49,787 nucleotides of DNA from Dirinaria sp. TL-2023a (GCA_051941275.1 JAVEBF010000024.1:1-49787); one strand, 5' to 3'. Positions 35,644 through 49,214 are shown, counted from the first letter of the stretch. Translations and numbers: made by a program. The notes: generated by a model from the sequence alone, not told the origin.

Positions 35644-37220
35644 AGGCTTGCATCGGCCTGCCACAGGAGATAAGCCTGTGGCTAATGGCTTGACCGTTGC
35701 CTGAACAGGACGCAGCATCATAGCTAACTGAGTCAGAGAGACCCCAGAATCGAACGATATATATGTAAACAATGTAGGACCTTTGAGATTCGACAGTGAC
35801 GGGGCCAATTCAGGCTACAGGACGAATGGGGTTCTGTTCCATCGGCAAGGCTCTCATCACTCTACGGACCTGGCTTCCTTACTCTATTCTCCACAGTCGA
35901 AAGTCGAATACAGGAAATTTTTACCCGTTCAACGATGAGTTTCAATTTATCCACCAAGCCATAGCCATAGACCCGTTTAGCCCTCCGCAGAATCAAATCA
36001 GCATTTGAGAGCTCTCTATAAGAGCTAGGTTGACGATATGAGCTGTCAAAGGATACACAAGGTAAGGTTGAACTATTATTGCATCCTTATGTCGCAGAGG
36101 ATATCTCCAACTGAATCTTCTCGCGTGTGGCAGAGATAAATGTGAAAGCAGTACATCGAGCAGCGCCGAACGACACGGGAGCTCCATCCTCCATAAGGGC
36201 ACGGCTGTGGTTTCCATCTCGACGACGAAGTGTAATAAGTTCAAGAGGTGCAATAACTTCTGGTTGACGGGCACGCTGTGATCATCTCATATGGCGCCGC
36301 AGGCGACCGAACATCGAGACTTTTTGCACCTTCCTGCAGGCTACGCGTTAAGATGATGAAGACTGATAGGCTCCATGGCTCGAAGGGAATCGTTCTTTAG
36401 CCGGAAAACGCCAAGATAAGCTTAGCCGAGGATTACCCGCAGGCTCCGGAGTTTAGCTAGCGCATGACGTTCATCATATTATTTGATTTCTTTCATTATT
36501 TTACCTTCATAGCAACCAGGGAGGCAAACACTCCCATCCAAAGACCGAAATTAAAGAGCATTTTAAGTCCTACACATGGTCTTTGAGGGCGAGGGCAAAG
36601 AGGGAGAGGAAGTGGGCTTGTGGCGAGCATTGTGGCAGTCCGAACAGACTTCAAACACTCTCGGCGCTCATCAAACCATTACTATCATGTTATGATAAGC
36701 TCGGATCTCTCGTCTACCGTACTGGCCGCCGTAAAGTATCCTCCTTCATCGCTGGCTTACCACACAGTATGCTGAAACGAGCTGGAAGTCGGAAAGACCC
36801 GCATGCAAGTATCCAGCCGGCCTCTAAGTCTTTGCTTCACTTTTTTGAAAGGTGAGCTCTGCGTGCTTCTCTGGTGGCTGATTGGTCGATATATCGCGTG
36901 AAATGGCTCCATAGGCCAGAACGAAGACATTTGGCACGATCCGGACTTTTTTGCATTCGAGGGAAACCCCACCCCAAGGCATAAAGACTGGGAGTAACCA
37001 GGGCCAAGTGTCAGGATGAAAGTCTGTATCTTCTTGATAATCAGCTCGGCATTCAACTTGCGCCTGTTATAGCCATAGCCTGTTTCCCCCCCATATAGCA
37101 CCCTACGGAACGTCTTCGATCTTCCCAAGCTCCGTCTCTTAAAACAAACGAATTTCTCTAAGCAGCCTAATCACCTTTAACCCACTCCTCTCGCCCAAAA
37201 CTCCCTTTCATCTGCTCCCA

Positions 37221-37421
37221 ATGACAATCCTCCCCGCCGACACCATCGTCGACATCGTGCTCGGCATTCTCAATGCCATACTCACTCTGATCATGATCCA
37301 GCAAACCCACAACAATCAGGAGACGCACCTTGAACCACGGATTTCCGCCACACAACCCTTTTCGGAAACTTTTTTTTTTCCCGCCGATGACGACGAGCCA
37401 AATAACAATGAGCAGTGGTGA
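37221..37421 (+). CDS. Possible small single-TM protein (66 aa)
   Basis: ATG-initiated ORF with hydrophobic IVDIVLGILNAILTLIMI and an acidic tail. No other support. Confidence 0.3.
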   Translation: MTILPADTIVDIVLGILNAILTLIMIQQTHNNQETHLEPRISATQPFSETFFFPADDDEPNNNEQW

Positions 37422-37956
37422 AGGCCATATATATGCGGTAGCGACAGCCTTTCACTTAACAGGAAGCCCTTGAGACCGCTGTTCTGAAAGACTGGTCGAG
37501 TCGGGAGACATAGAGAAGCGGCGTTGGATAGAGAAGCGCACGCGTACAAGGGTCCTTTAGAGACGGATTAGCCTGGTCGTGCGAATGATGTGTTCTTAAA
37601 CATCTTGGTTGTACCCGTTTTTCTTTTGGACATCCATCGTCTCAACAAATCGAGCACGTCCACCGCGGCACCAGCACCCAATATTCACATTAAAAATTAA
37701 AAAATGGATAGAACCCACAGCAGCGCTCAGACACTCGCGAGAGCAAGTATCGCACATTCAAATCTTTTGTACCAATGTTTTTCGAAAATTCGAAATTCGC
37801 ACGAGCGAGGAAGAGAATATCATCTGGCATTGTTGTTGCTTTTGGTAATGAAATTTTTTAATTTTTTTTGTGTGTGTGGGAAACACATTTCTGTCCAAAA
37901 GGGGGAAATGAAACGCTCGTAACTCGCGAAAGAGCACAATTGGACATAGGAAAATA

Positions 37957-38071
37957 GGGTGCAGTAGCAGCACCTAAGTACCTTTATGCAGAAAAATCCG
38001 CCGGGGTATAAGCAAGTAAATATATACCTACCGTAGGCTCATATTTGGTGGGTATAGGCGGCACTGCACCC
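37957..38071. repeat. Short element with imperfect terminal inverted repeats (mini-MITE-like)
   Basis: GGGTGCAGTAGCAGCACCTA at the left; reverse complement of the right end is GGGTGCAGTGCCGCCTA; AATA on both flanks. Confidence 0.4.
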
Positions 38072-38365
38072 AATAGTATTGGCAGAGAGAGGGAGACTTT
38101 TGGCATCGTGGTTTGTACAGTTCATTTCTATCATCATTTTATCATATACAACTCCCATCCTAAACCGCTTCAAACAATATCATCATCTCTCCGCTGACTG
38201 CGGAGCATGAAGTCGTCATTCAAAACACCGAGCTTGCTTCTATCATATGTAGGCAACGGCGGTGTTGGGAAGGATTGCGTAGTAATGAAGGTTTTTCTAG
38301 CTAGAACTTAATATGCGCGAGGAGGGAACACTTCTTGAAGGGCTAGGCGTTTGCCAGGATCAGAC

Positions 38366-39677
38366 TTACGCTTTAGCGTCCAAATTAGGTGATATTATCA
38401 CACTCCCGCCAGAGCCGAAGTTCACGGTACTGACACTCCCCTTGAACTTCTCATTCGATGATAACGGCCCCCCCGAGCCCAGCTTCGTCGAGCCGGAGCC
38501 AACGGAGCCCCAATTGGTTGTCGTCGCGAGCGTCGAGTTCCACTCTTTTGCCAGCCGTGTGTTGTCCGAATGGTCCCAGAATGTATCGCTTCCTTCATCT
38601 GAGGACTTGAAGGTGTGAAGATGGCGCATGAAGCCGTGAGAGGCTGCGCCGGCAAAGAGTGGACGCATCAGAGGGAGGCAAGCGCCGATGATTCCGAGAG
38701 AAGATTCCACCATCGGCCAATATACCATGGGAGTTTCTTCGTAGGTGATATCGTAGTTGTTTATACCGTTCAACCCTACGACAGTTTAACGAGATGTCGG
38801 CTATAACGTGTTCGAAACTTACACCCTAGAACTCTGTAGAATATAACGAGCTTGGCGATCCCGGTGCCGACGGTCAGAGCCCCAAGGAGGAATATGGCGC
38901 AGACGCCGAGCTTGCGTGAGATTGGCATTTGCATCCTCCAAATCTGTACGTGATGAGTAAAGTGTGACCTGAGATGATTATAACACAAGAGACCTACACA
39001 AGGGATTGGAAGCGCGAGAATGACAACGTTCGTGAAGACATCCGACCAGGCCTGGGCCAAAATCATCTTGTTGACGTCAATGCACTGAGCAGTCGTGCCG
39101 CCATATTTGCTCCAATTGACCGAGAGAGGGACGCATTGGAGTAGCTGGGAGAAGAAAAATCCGACGGTCCAGACGAAACTGAGTACGATCATAACCCAAA
39201 TCAAAGCTTTAAACACTTTTCCTGTGAAAATTCGCTTGTAGAAAAGCAAGACCGCCAATTTGGTGAAGCCGAATGTCAGGACGGTAGTCATGGAGACCAC
39301 GTAAAAAGTCTAGCTGTCAGATCAGGAAGCGCTCTATATCCCAGACGAAGGCGCAAATACCTGATCAAAGACTTTGATGCGATTAGTCCAATGTGGGTGG
39401 TGGTTCTTCAGTTCGACGTGTTGCGCAAGTTGACCATCCGCGGCGCCGACAAACATGCAGATCGCCGTTGCAATGGTAAAGAGCTAATCGAAGTCAGGTA
39501 ACGTTGATGACAGGCAAAAGAGCCACCATATACCATTGCAGGCAATATCATCCAATCGTCCCATGAATATCCTGTCTTCTTGATATGCCTCGCGTAGAAT
39601 CGGAGTGCTATCGCCACCAGGGCGAGAATGGTCATCGACGTCGCGATTCCATACATTGCGGCTGGGGTTTCGGCCAT
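38366..39677 (-). CDS. PTH11-like (fungal rhodopsin-domain) integral membrane protein lacking a CFEM domain
   Basis: Motifs LRFYAR, SWDDWMI, KLAVLLFYKRIF, QC.P....W, D.FTNVVILALPIP, and W.MVESSLGIIGACLPLMRPLF, plus a Ser/Gly-rich tail; several GT-AG introns. Confidence 0.9.
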
Positions 39678-41762
39678 GGCGGAGATAGAGCGACGATAGA
39701 ACCTTGGATGCGCGAGAGGAAAAGTGGTCACGGTTTCTGGAGCCGAAGCTGTCGTCGATGAATACCGTACGTTGCTGACGACCTGTATTACAAACGAACA
39801 TACATTATTCCGCAACTGGACCTGTAGAGACGGAGTGTTCTGGCAACGAGCGACACGATAAAACCTCTTTGAAAATCAGCAGCATTAGCACCATCTTTGT
39901 AGTATTAATGCGTCGCCGCCATGATCCTTCTCCACACCATGCTCTTTCTAGTGCCATATTACTACTGTCCGCACGTTGCAGATTCAGCTCTGTAGCTTGC
40001 ATGCTAAATTAGTCCCAATCGGTGCATTTTACAAACCACGGCCAATTAGCCTGGCCCGGCCGTGACTTGAGTGGTCTCAAAAGTTTCCGCAGTGTGATTA
40101 AACCCCCGGTGGCAACCTATCGTGCGACATGCGGGCTGCATGCGGAAAGCTTTGAGCAATTGTTAATTGAGGACTAGCTAATAATTCCTAGTGGTACACA
40201 GTTGTACAGTACACCGAGCTTTGAGATGGACACGGAGTAAAAGACCGTTCCCATGCGACCTTTTGTGCTACAAAGACTCAAATGAGCTGATCGCTGATCT
40301 TGAGCGTATGCAAATGAGCTCGAAGGAGTATCAGCACGTCAAGCTGTAACTTCGCCCTGGGGCCTTCATGCAGGTCAGTGGATGTCGAGCAGTTGAAGAG
40401 GAGTGCCTACTGAGTCAGGGTCAGGCCAAGACAATGAGTGGTTCACGATGCAAAAGATGAAACACGCGCTAGAAGGTTTGGAAGGCTTAGAAGCCTCGAA
40501 GCAGGCGCTAGCGCAGGCTATAAGCGACAATATACGCGCTCCCTATCAGACGCGGCCAACATCAAACACCTGCTGTGTACCCTTAGCTTCTGGATGTCAG
40601 CCCCCAATGATTATTGATCGACTCGCTGCTTCTGAACGTAGCTGGAGGCTTTGCTGACCGTCTAGCTGAGCAACAGGAATGCCGTATCGTTGAAGGTGTA
40701 TGCACAGTATACTCTTCTTAGGTATTGTCTTTTAAGAGCCTTCGAACCCCAACGAGAATTAAAGCAGCTGCGAAGAATCTCAATGTGGAACTAGCATATA
40801 AGCGTAATTGAAGGAAGCAAGGCTTCGCCGTGTCTTCGCTTTTTACCTCTTGGGGTCTGGGATCCTCGATCAAGCACGAGGTCACATCGACGCACACTTC
40901 GATTCCGATCCTGTGCGTTACGACAAGCATGAATGGCAATTTTGAAATGCGGCCACATACATACAGTAGTGCCTCGGGCGTGCCCTGAGCGTACAGTACT
41001 GTAAGGGGATGATCAAAGCATGATCAAATAATGGTCCTAAAAACTGAAATTGGGTCCGGGGCTCTGCGCATTAGGTTTCGGAGGAATATCACCAAGCATG
41101 AAAGACTAGCAGTTTGCCGCACCACTGGCACGAAGCATATCCTCACTTCAACCTGCACTAATCAAGATTATCGCAGCCTCATGGCACAAGCGAGGTGCAC
41201 GTCCCGCACGTCTAGCGTTTCATAGGCAGACCAAGACTCGATATTCATCCCGAAGAGGAGAGACCAACCATTTCCATATGCACCGAAAGTCTCCAAGCCG
41301 TACGTTTGAAACACACAAGCAAGGAACATGCAAAGCACGAAAATGCCGGACTGCAGGTCCCGTCTGGATTCAGTGGATTGTGGTATCAAGCTGAGACTAG
41401 TAACCGATTGGCTTGTAACAGCCAGAAGGCGAGCGCTCGACGGTTCCGTGCCACGGAAGCTGGCAAAGGTTGAGCAGGAACGAGGCCATGTAAGATTCGC
41501 GGACCATTCCAGCCGCCCAATGCCCTCCTCTCTCTTATATCTATCCGTGATCTGCTATTTTCCCCCGTAACCCAATCGCTCTTTTGATCAAGAAATTCTC
41601 CTCCCGCAACTTTGCCAAACTCAGATCTTTTCCCAACTACTCTCAATCCTTCCAACTGCCCTCAAGCTTCGCGATTAGTCGCGCGTTCTTTGGCCTTCGT
41701 CCCGTGTCCCAGCTCTCCTCGTCGCCGCTCGTCGCCGCTCGTCCACCACCCACTCATTCATA

Positions 41763-42059
41763 ATGCGTTCATCAACATTAATCGTCCTCTTCACCGCTCT
41801 CCTGTCGACGACTTTCGCCCTCCCCGTCGCAGTACTAGGTAGGTTCTCCACACGGACTGGACCACCAGACCCTTAACTGATGCCGACTTCTTCAGACTCG
41901 TCAGACGCAGTCGGGACTACCATCGAAGCCAGACAGACAGAACTGGAAGAAAGCCCCCCAGTGAATCTCACAGCTATACACAGCGAGCCTTCGGAGGACA
42001 ATATACACAAACTGCCATTGGCAAAGGCTGCCAACAACCTTGGTTTGGATTTTGATTAA
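41763..42059 (+). CDS. Small secreted protein, 79 aa, two exons, absent from the ORF track
   Basis: Exons 41763-41838 and 41896-42059 (intron GTAGGT...CTGAT...TTCAG) give MRSSTLIVLFTALLSTTFALPVAVLDSSDAVGTTIEARQTELEESPPVNLTAIHSEPSEDNIHKLPLAKAANNLGLDFD*. Signal-peptide-like start and an EAR propeptide-like site. Confidence 0.7.
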
Positions 42060-42532
42060 AGGATCAGGGGACTTGACGTTGGGGAATAGCAGGCAAGAGG
42101 GTTCAAGACGGCTACTGGCACTATGGGACAGGCAGGTGTTACAAGGGATGGTCGCAGCGTAACTTCCACGCTCGAGAAGCTCTCTCTCGTGAGCTGCGCG
42201 ATCGCATTGATATATATATAGGAAATTTTTGTAATGAGAATGATTGATACTTAACTTTCATATGGCTTAAACCCAATCCACTTTGCAAGCACCGCCATTA
42301 TGCAAACCTTGTCTCTTTCCCGTCGGAAGCCACGTATCTGCTACTACTTATACAAAAGTGTAATTATAATATGGTCGCGTCTCAACAGAGAGTGTCCATC
42401 GAAATAACGTACTCTCCTAACAAATTCCATCTTCTAGCGAAGAGCCCTGTTTACCAATGAACTATGGAACCCCCCGACTCTCTTGCCTGCCACGAAATAT
42501 ATACAGAGTTTAATACATCTAATGGTTTCTCT

Positions 42533-44274
42533 CTATTCCTTCGACTCCGCCTCTTTCTTTTTCTGCCGCAGCATTTGCCATCGAAAGAAATAACAACTGG
42601 GAACGAAACAGACGGTGTTGATGGCGCACCACGCTAACAAAACTCCGAAATTGAGTCCGATGCGGGAATGTAGGTTGAAGAGGATCTGACGACTTGCTTC
42701 GACGACTAGATCTGAAGGTCAGTATTTTTATACGTATGCAACGTGAATGACTTTTTCCAACGGAGAACAAGGAGGTGATGTGTAGGCGGAAAGGAGACGC
42801 ACTATTGTGCAACGGCCAGGCATAGCCCCAATAGTAAAATCGCGGTGCAAGTGATATTTCGTAAAAAGACGTGGACACATTGGTGATGACCCAAAAAATG
42901 AGCCATAACCCCGCCCACGGCTGTCCAATAATCATGGCTACGTTTTCGCAAGCCATGCCTAAGGCGATCATGCCCACATAGTTCACCATCCAATACACGA
43001 CGAAGGAGGCCGCACCAAAGCCGTTGGAGTTATCGGCGACTTCGGTGGCTGGCGCAGGCTGATTGTTGAATGGTATCTGGAAGGCGAGCGAGACGAGGGA
43101 GTAAGAGAAGGAAAGAAAAAAGTAAGCAGCGACCGTAGCACACCAACGCCAGACGATCTTTTGCCAGTAGATGAGTGGCGGATGGCCTTCTGGCTTGATG
43201 AACTTCAAGTGGATCGGGAGATAGAAGCCGAAGGAAAAGAAAGAAAAAATGATCAAGTCTATCGAAGACGTCAGCGACACGATGTTGCTTCGAATGATGG
43301 AATAGGGGAATAGGCATACAGATCAATCCAACTGTCACCGCCGGGGTTGCCACCGGGGGGTCAAACGGCCGGAGATTGAACACGGACCATCCAATAGCCG
43401 GACTAATTGCCTGAGGCGCGTTTTGGATATTGGTCAAGATCGTCGGATCTGTAGATGCGTTTTGAAAAACCGTCCTTCCCCACATCTCACCAAACATACT
43501 CGCAATGTTCAGCCGGAACTGATACAGAACGGGCAGGATGTATGTATCGATCGTGGTCTGATCCCTTGCCTCCACGTAAAAGATCTGCCCTGCGCCCAGT
43601 GGGTCGTATGTTGTGTTTCCTGTAGCCACTGCTTGTCTCAGCATGGCCGTGGCATTTGGATTGACGATTATTGCTGCCCAGGCATCAAAATTGTACACCG
43701 ACTGCCGAACTTGCATTGGATCATTGTTGAACATTGACGGCGGAAGGACTTCCCAGCCAGGATGCGGAGGAGGGGAGTTGAGCTTCAGGTTGTCGGGGGG
43801 CTCCGCGAGCATATTCTGGGCTTGCAGCGCCTGGGTTACCATGGGGCCGAGTAGCGGAGGTCCGCTGGTGTCGTAGGGTGGTTGGCCATCAAAATCGACA
43901 ACGTAAACACCAAGGGCGTTGTAATTGTGGTAGACGCGATATTCGACGGCCCAGTCTAATCCAGGTCAGAGCTCGTTAACGCGAGAAGGGGGGGTAGCTC
44001 ACACAAGGAAAGGACGCCGAGAATGAACGCGCAAAGGATCAGGGCTGTTCTCTCCAGTCAGCGAACCCTCTTTACGGGTCAGACGAATCGGACAAAGCGC
44101 ACTGGTCCTCGCCCAAAGGAAATAGACCTCCCTCCTGACCTGCTTGAGTGCAGGGTGGAAGAAGTGAACGGGCGTTGGTGGAGCTCCGTCTTGTTCATTG
44201 GCGCCACCAGTCTGCCCTTTCTCGACCTTTGAAGAATCTCGCGTCTCATCGGACGAATTGTCGCCGGACGCCAT
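42533..44274 (-). CDS. DUF3533 / SNG1-like (nitrosoguanidine-resistance family) multi-pass membrane protein
   Basis: Motifs VYVVDFDG, WAAIIVNPNAT, YVEARD, VGLI, WLIFWVITNVSTSFY, FYYWGYAWPLHN and RIGLNFGVL.AW across spliced exons. The stop is TAG 42533-42535. Confidence 0.85.
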
Positions 44275-45388
44275 GCTGTGGAGGGTCAAAGAGGCGGACA
44301 GTGCCACGGTGGATTGGGGATCCAATATTGGGATTGGGAGGCACAAAAATTGAGAAGAAGGAGAAGAAGAAGAGGATGAGGATTTCCATGATGATGCGAA
44401 GGCTTGGCTGACTCAGTTTTTTATTTTTTTTCTCAATCGGCGTCTCGTCAATAATAATATTAATAATATTTCCCTTATTCCCGTGGCCCAAATTTCTGCA
44501 TAAGGGATGAACCTAAGGGGCATTACCTTAAGGAAGGAAAGCACGGATGATGATGTCAACCAACCACCAAGCTTCCGCACCGGGCCGTCGCAGCCGCACC
44601 AGTACTACCAACAGCGGTTGCTTACCTAAGGTAGTTCTTCCTCTGCAGTACATTCAATTCCTCAAGTTATTATTAATTATTGCCTGTAAGCAGAATACTC
44701 AGTACCTGCACCCTACACACTCGGTTCTCATAACCTAGCACTACCATGTACCTCAGTCACCATCGCCAACTACCCGATTGCCTCTGGAATGATGCTTGCG
44801 CAAAGTATCGGCCCCGCACTCCGGTCCGTCATTGTCATGTCGTGCATCCCTCCCTGCACCCTTTCCTCGCTGTTGCAGCTTTTACTCTGTACTCGAACCC
44901 CTTCCAAGACATACTCTCTGAACCCAATCAATACATCATGAACAATGTTCACTGGGAGGCCCGGGTTTGAGACATGATAGGTTGCTCGATCTCCTGGAGT
45001 GCGAGCGAGTTGACTCAATACCCAGGCCTATGTGCCCAGGAAATTCTCGACGGCTGGTTCCATCCGGATTGAATTCAAGGTACCTTAGGGTTGAAGAATT
45101 TGAGAAACCCTAAATCTGGGAAACAGTGGCCTACCGTAAGAACCCGCACACTCTAAATCGAACAACCTGGTAAAAACGGCTAGCAAAATCCCTTCCATGG
45201 GTCTGAGTTCTGAGGTAAACGAATGTCCCAGACTAAGACGAGTATTCTCTACAATGGTTCCTTCTGGTTCGATAATAATGGATGAGTCTGAAAAGAGATT
45301 TGCCTGACTCCTACACGAGAAGATTTACAGCCAACCAGGTAATGCTTAGAATCTTCAACTAGGTAAATACATCTCGAACATCGATTTT

Positions 45389-46205
45389 TCAACTCTCCTC
45401 GTCTCGATATCTCTCTTCAACTTCGCTCGTATGCTCTGGTCCCCACCCCTGAGGCCTCGAATCTTCGAAGTGCGCCTCCTCTTCGGCTACACTGCCTCTC
45501 ACGTGGTCTTTACAATTTGGGCATCTACCTATTCTTCTATCCCTGACGGCTCTCCTAGCACCTTGTACCATGCAAATAAAATCAACAATCCTGCGATTCG
45601 TCAATCTTCAGGTATTGGATGGACAGCGCTCACGTAGAAACTTACAATAGTGCCACCCACGGGACTGTATTCCACGTGAACAGCACAACCTGACCAATAT
45701 CGGCGCTGTCTACTCGGCGGTATCCGTCAACGAAAACGTACACGCTGCCAATGAAGAGTACGAGAAAGGCAACGAAGCCAAGAGTGTCGACAAGAATTAA
45801 AAGCCAGTTCGGTATAGGTCGCTTGAATAGGCGTCTCCAATAAACCTCCAATGGGTGCCATATCAGCGAGATGCACAGCTACAACTACCGCGTAAGCAAA
45901 GAATGCAACAGCTTGTTTGTTTCGCATACCAGTGGGAAAGCTACGGAGCACAAATCACGGATGCTGTAGTCCCAGAAATTCTGCTGTACAATACTGTTGA
46001 GAATAAGGCCAGCGACGACAGCGATGGTGGCAAGCACGCGAAGACTGAACCGCGGATGGCATCGCGCACTTTGCAGAAGACCGGGTTTCTCATTGTTGCT
46101 AGCCAATGCCGGCGTCGGCTGAGCTGGAGCAAGCGAATTCTTGTCGCCGTCCGCGAAGCTTGAAGATGCAGGAATCTCGATGGTGAGGTTGAATCGGAAA
46201 ACCAT
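45389..46205 (-). CDS. Hypothetical membrane protein (3-4 TM segments) with a C-terminal CPNC motif, three exons
   Basis: ORFs 45885-46205, 45642-45851 and 45389-45604 join in frame through GTATGC...TAG and GTAAGT...CAG introns. Several hydrophobic segments. Confidence 0.65.
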
Positions 46206-47718
46206 TGTGCGCGACTACCAAAGCTCGTCTGTTCGACAGATGGGATATCTTTTGAGTCTCAATGTTCTTAAATGCTAGCAGGAAAACCCATTAAAATAAA
46301 GACGTGTCCTCTTGGCACTCTACCGGACCTCGAGGCGCAGCCTAATTCTCCCGCCCAAAGGCCAACTGGAACAGGCCACGGATGGGCTCCGCCATTAGCC
46401 TCTCGTTCCATTCTTAGCATTACGATGGCCTGATGCTCCCAAAAATCAACTTGTTACACTTACCTACAATTTATTTTTTCAAGCCAATCATGATCCATTC
46501 TCTTACTTTTAATTACTAAGAATTATCAGAACGACAAGCAAAAACTATTACTACGAATGCACCATTGCCCTTCAGAGCAAGCTGCCTTCGCCTATCTCAG
46601 CCATGATGATAACACTCGTTAATGGTGAAACTTTTCGACCCCATCCAAACTCTTCATTTGTTTTTGTAAGCACATCATTTATGAGTTTTAAGCTACTATA
46701 GTCAGTCTCAGATCTGTGAGAATCAGCTGAGGTAAAGCGAGACTCCTCAGAAACGGGCAACTCGTCCAGCTTCGCAATACAGGGCAATGAGCTCCATTGC
46801 CGATTGCCTTACGTGTTGAGATCGCAAAAGATCAATGGTTCGCCTTTACAGTGCTGAGCGTTCAAACATGAGAGCGAAGCCAAGCGTCTGATGGTCACTA
46901 GATGTCGGCCTCAGACAAGATATCAGGGAAACCCTATGGCATATTTACCACTTCAATCATGAACTCAATATCCGTGAAATCACAATTCACCAATATCCTT
47001 CTAACATGGCATATAATTGTCACATACGGTTGACTGTCCGCATTGACCGTCAAGCCAATTAGCCAATGCAGGCTTTAACGACGAGTAAGCAATAGTCCAT
47101 GGACCGAAGCCCGTCCACTATGCAAGGCCGAGTCTTTCAGTCTAATTGCGCAAGATCATGCATGGAAGCAGAACAAGGTAGGTATCTGAACCAGGAGTTG
47201 CAGCAAGAGCACTGTTCGCTCAGAACCGTTGAGCACTTGAGCTGCTGCACATCATCTTCTCTACTGCTAATGGAGCGATAGGCTAACCGTCTAGTGTTTG
47301 GCTTGGACCATTGCCAACTCCGAAACGATTCGACACGAATGCACAGGATCTCGCATTCGTAGTCTTTCAAATGTCATGCATCCTGCAGCGATGCAAAGCT
47401 CATACCTCAGAATAAACGCTCAGATCATGTTTGTACAGTAGACCAACCATGTATATGCTTATTCTCGGGTTCCTGCTTTGAAAAGTAATTGGCCGAATCG
47501 CCATCTGAGTCCGGGTGTCGCATAGCGGCTGTTAGGATTCTACCTCCTACAGCACGGATAATGGGCCCTAGTCGTGGGTAATGTAGATCTGTGCGGTAGC
47601 GGCTGGAAGAACGAGAATCAGGCGCCGACTTGTGATCAATAACGCTGCTTGACGTTAGTTTTCAACCTGGCATCTCACCTGCTGCTGACTCCTAATTGCG
47701 CAGCACTAATGGAGCGCG

Positions 47719-48316
47719 ATGTATTTCACGATATGGAATATGGTCTTGGCTTTTGCATATATCTCGCCGGCGTGCATTGCGCTCCTCGTTCCTTCAAGTG
47801 CAAGCGACAGCGAGGTCTCTCCAGGATCTAAAGCTCGAACGCTGAGGTATCCTTCGATTCCGAACTGAATGGCAGCAGAAGGCCTGATACAAATACAGAT
47901 TCACAAACTTCACAAGCCCGGCGCACAGGGTGACGCACCGAGTATCGGGAACCACAACGACGCTCCTCGTCACATTCCGTCGCAACCTCGATCCCAGTAC
48001 AACAACGAATTTTTTAGTCTCGCTTCGCGCCAAGAACCTCCTGGACATTTTCGATTTTGGCAATGACAGCCCCTTACGCAACAGGCATTTTGAATTCGTC
48101 AGGACAAATATGGAATTCAGCGCATACAGCCCCCAGGAGTTACCCCAAGCCGAACGGATGACCTATGGAATCCTGAGTGATGTGATCACAGGAGTCATGG
48201 AATTGGTGGCCATGGAAGGTTTAAAAAGGGAGGTGTTTTTCAAGGTCGAGCACGGGGCCGAAGATACGTTCGTTGGCTACGGACACTGGATATTGCTGAG
48301 AAGATCGACCAGCTAG
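47719..48316 (+). CDS. Hypothetical secreted protein, two exons
   Basis: Exon 1 (47719-47846, MYFTIWNMVLAFAYISPACIA..., signal-like) is joined by a 52-nt GT-AG intron to exon 2 (47899-48316, ...HRVSGTTTTL...MTYGILSDVITG...VGYG). Confidence 0.7.
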
Positions 48317-49214
48317 GAAATAAATCTTCCTCCGAGGTCTAGATGTTGTCACGCCATGTGGGACCTAACAGCTAGCGCTGGGCGATCCCTCAAGTACTTG
48401 CCCTATCGTTTTTGTCACTTGCTGAAACAAGCGTGGGAATCGGGGCAGATCAGATCGATGCCATAGCAATAGCGTCTTCCCTATCTTCACCTTTCTTTAT
48501 CTTATCAGCAAGTCCTACAGACTATCCAACTAGCAGTCTTACAGAATGCCCGAATTGGTGTGAAGCATGAACATCTCCGGACAGCCCGGTGTCAGCGGCA
48601 ATAATTTTCACTCGAGCCTTGAAGAGCCTCGGCGCGCTTCCAAAAATCTTCAAAATTTGGTGCTCATCGATCTGCAGAATCTTTTTGAGCCATGAGGGCA
48701 GGACTCCCACAGCCAAGATGACATGGTGAACGCTTCTTACCATTTTCGCTGCCGCGAAACTCCTGCCACCACCGTGCCCTGGTTCGCGAGAGCTGGCCGA
48801 GCCGACCACTCCATTCTATTGATCACGAAATTCGCTCACCCCGTCCACATCGCCGACTATAAATATGTATGGACGGATCGAAAGGGATCTAACAAGACTC
48901 CCTTTCGTGGGGCTACTTTTCGTGGGGAGATTAGCGACGCAATCATCGGCTCTCGGTTACTGCCATCGTCTGATGCGATGCATGCAGAGAGCCGCACCGG
49001 AAACTCCAGCAGTACGGAGTACCTACATTACATCCCCATGAAATAATATGTCATCGAATACTTTTTATCTCTCTCTCATCAAAAACGAGCGAAAAAATCT
49101 CCGGCTTTTGAACCACCTCAAACTTTCGAAATCGACAAGTACGCTTGCCCCGGATATCCCACCAAAAATAACACCCTCTCTCATTCTTGAGCCGGAATTA
49201 AGAATGGGAGCAAT

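Noticed and set aside
36583..37128. Possible small spliced gene (GTGAGC...TAG)
   Set aside because: The spliced product is short, with no recognisable motif, signal peptide or other support.
39900..41700. Many short ORFs in the intergenic region
   Set aside because: They lack motifs and consistent splice structure, and many start at non-ATG codons. The stretch is more simply the long upstream region of the flanking genes.
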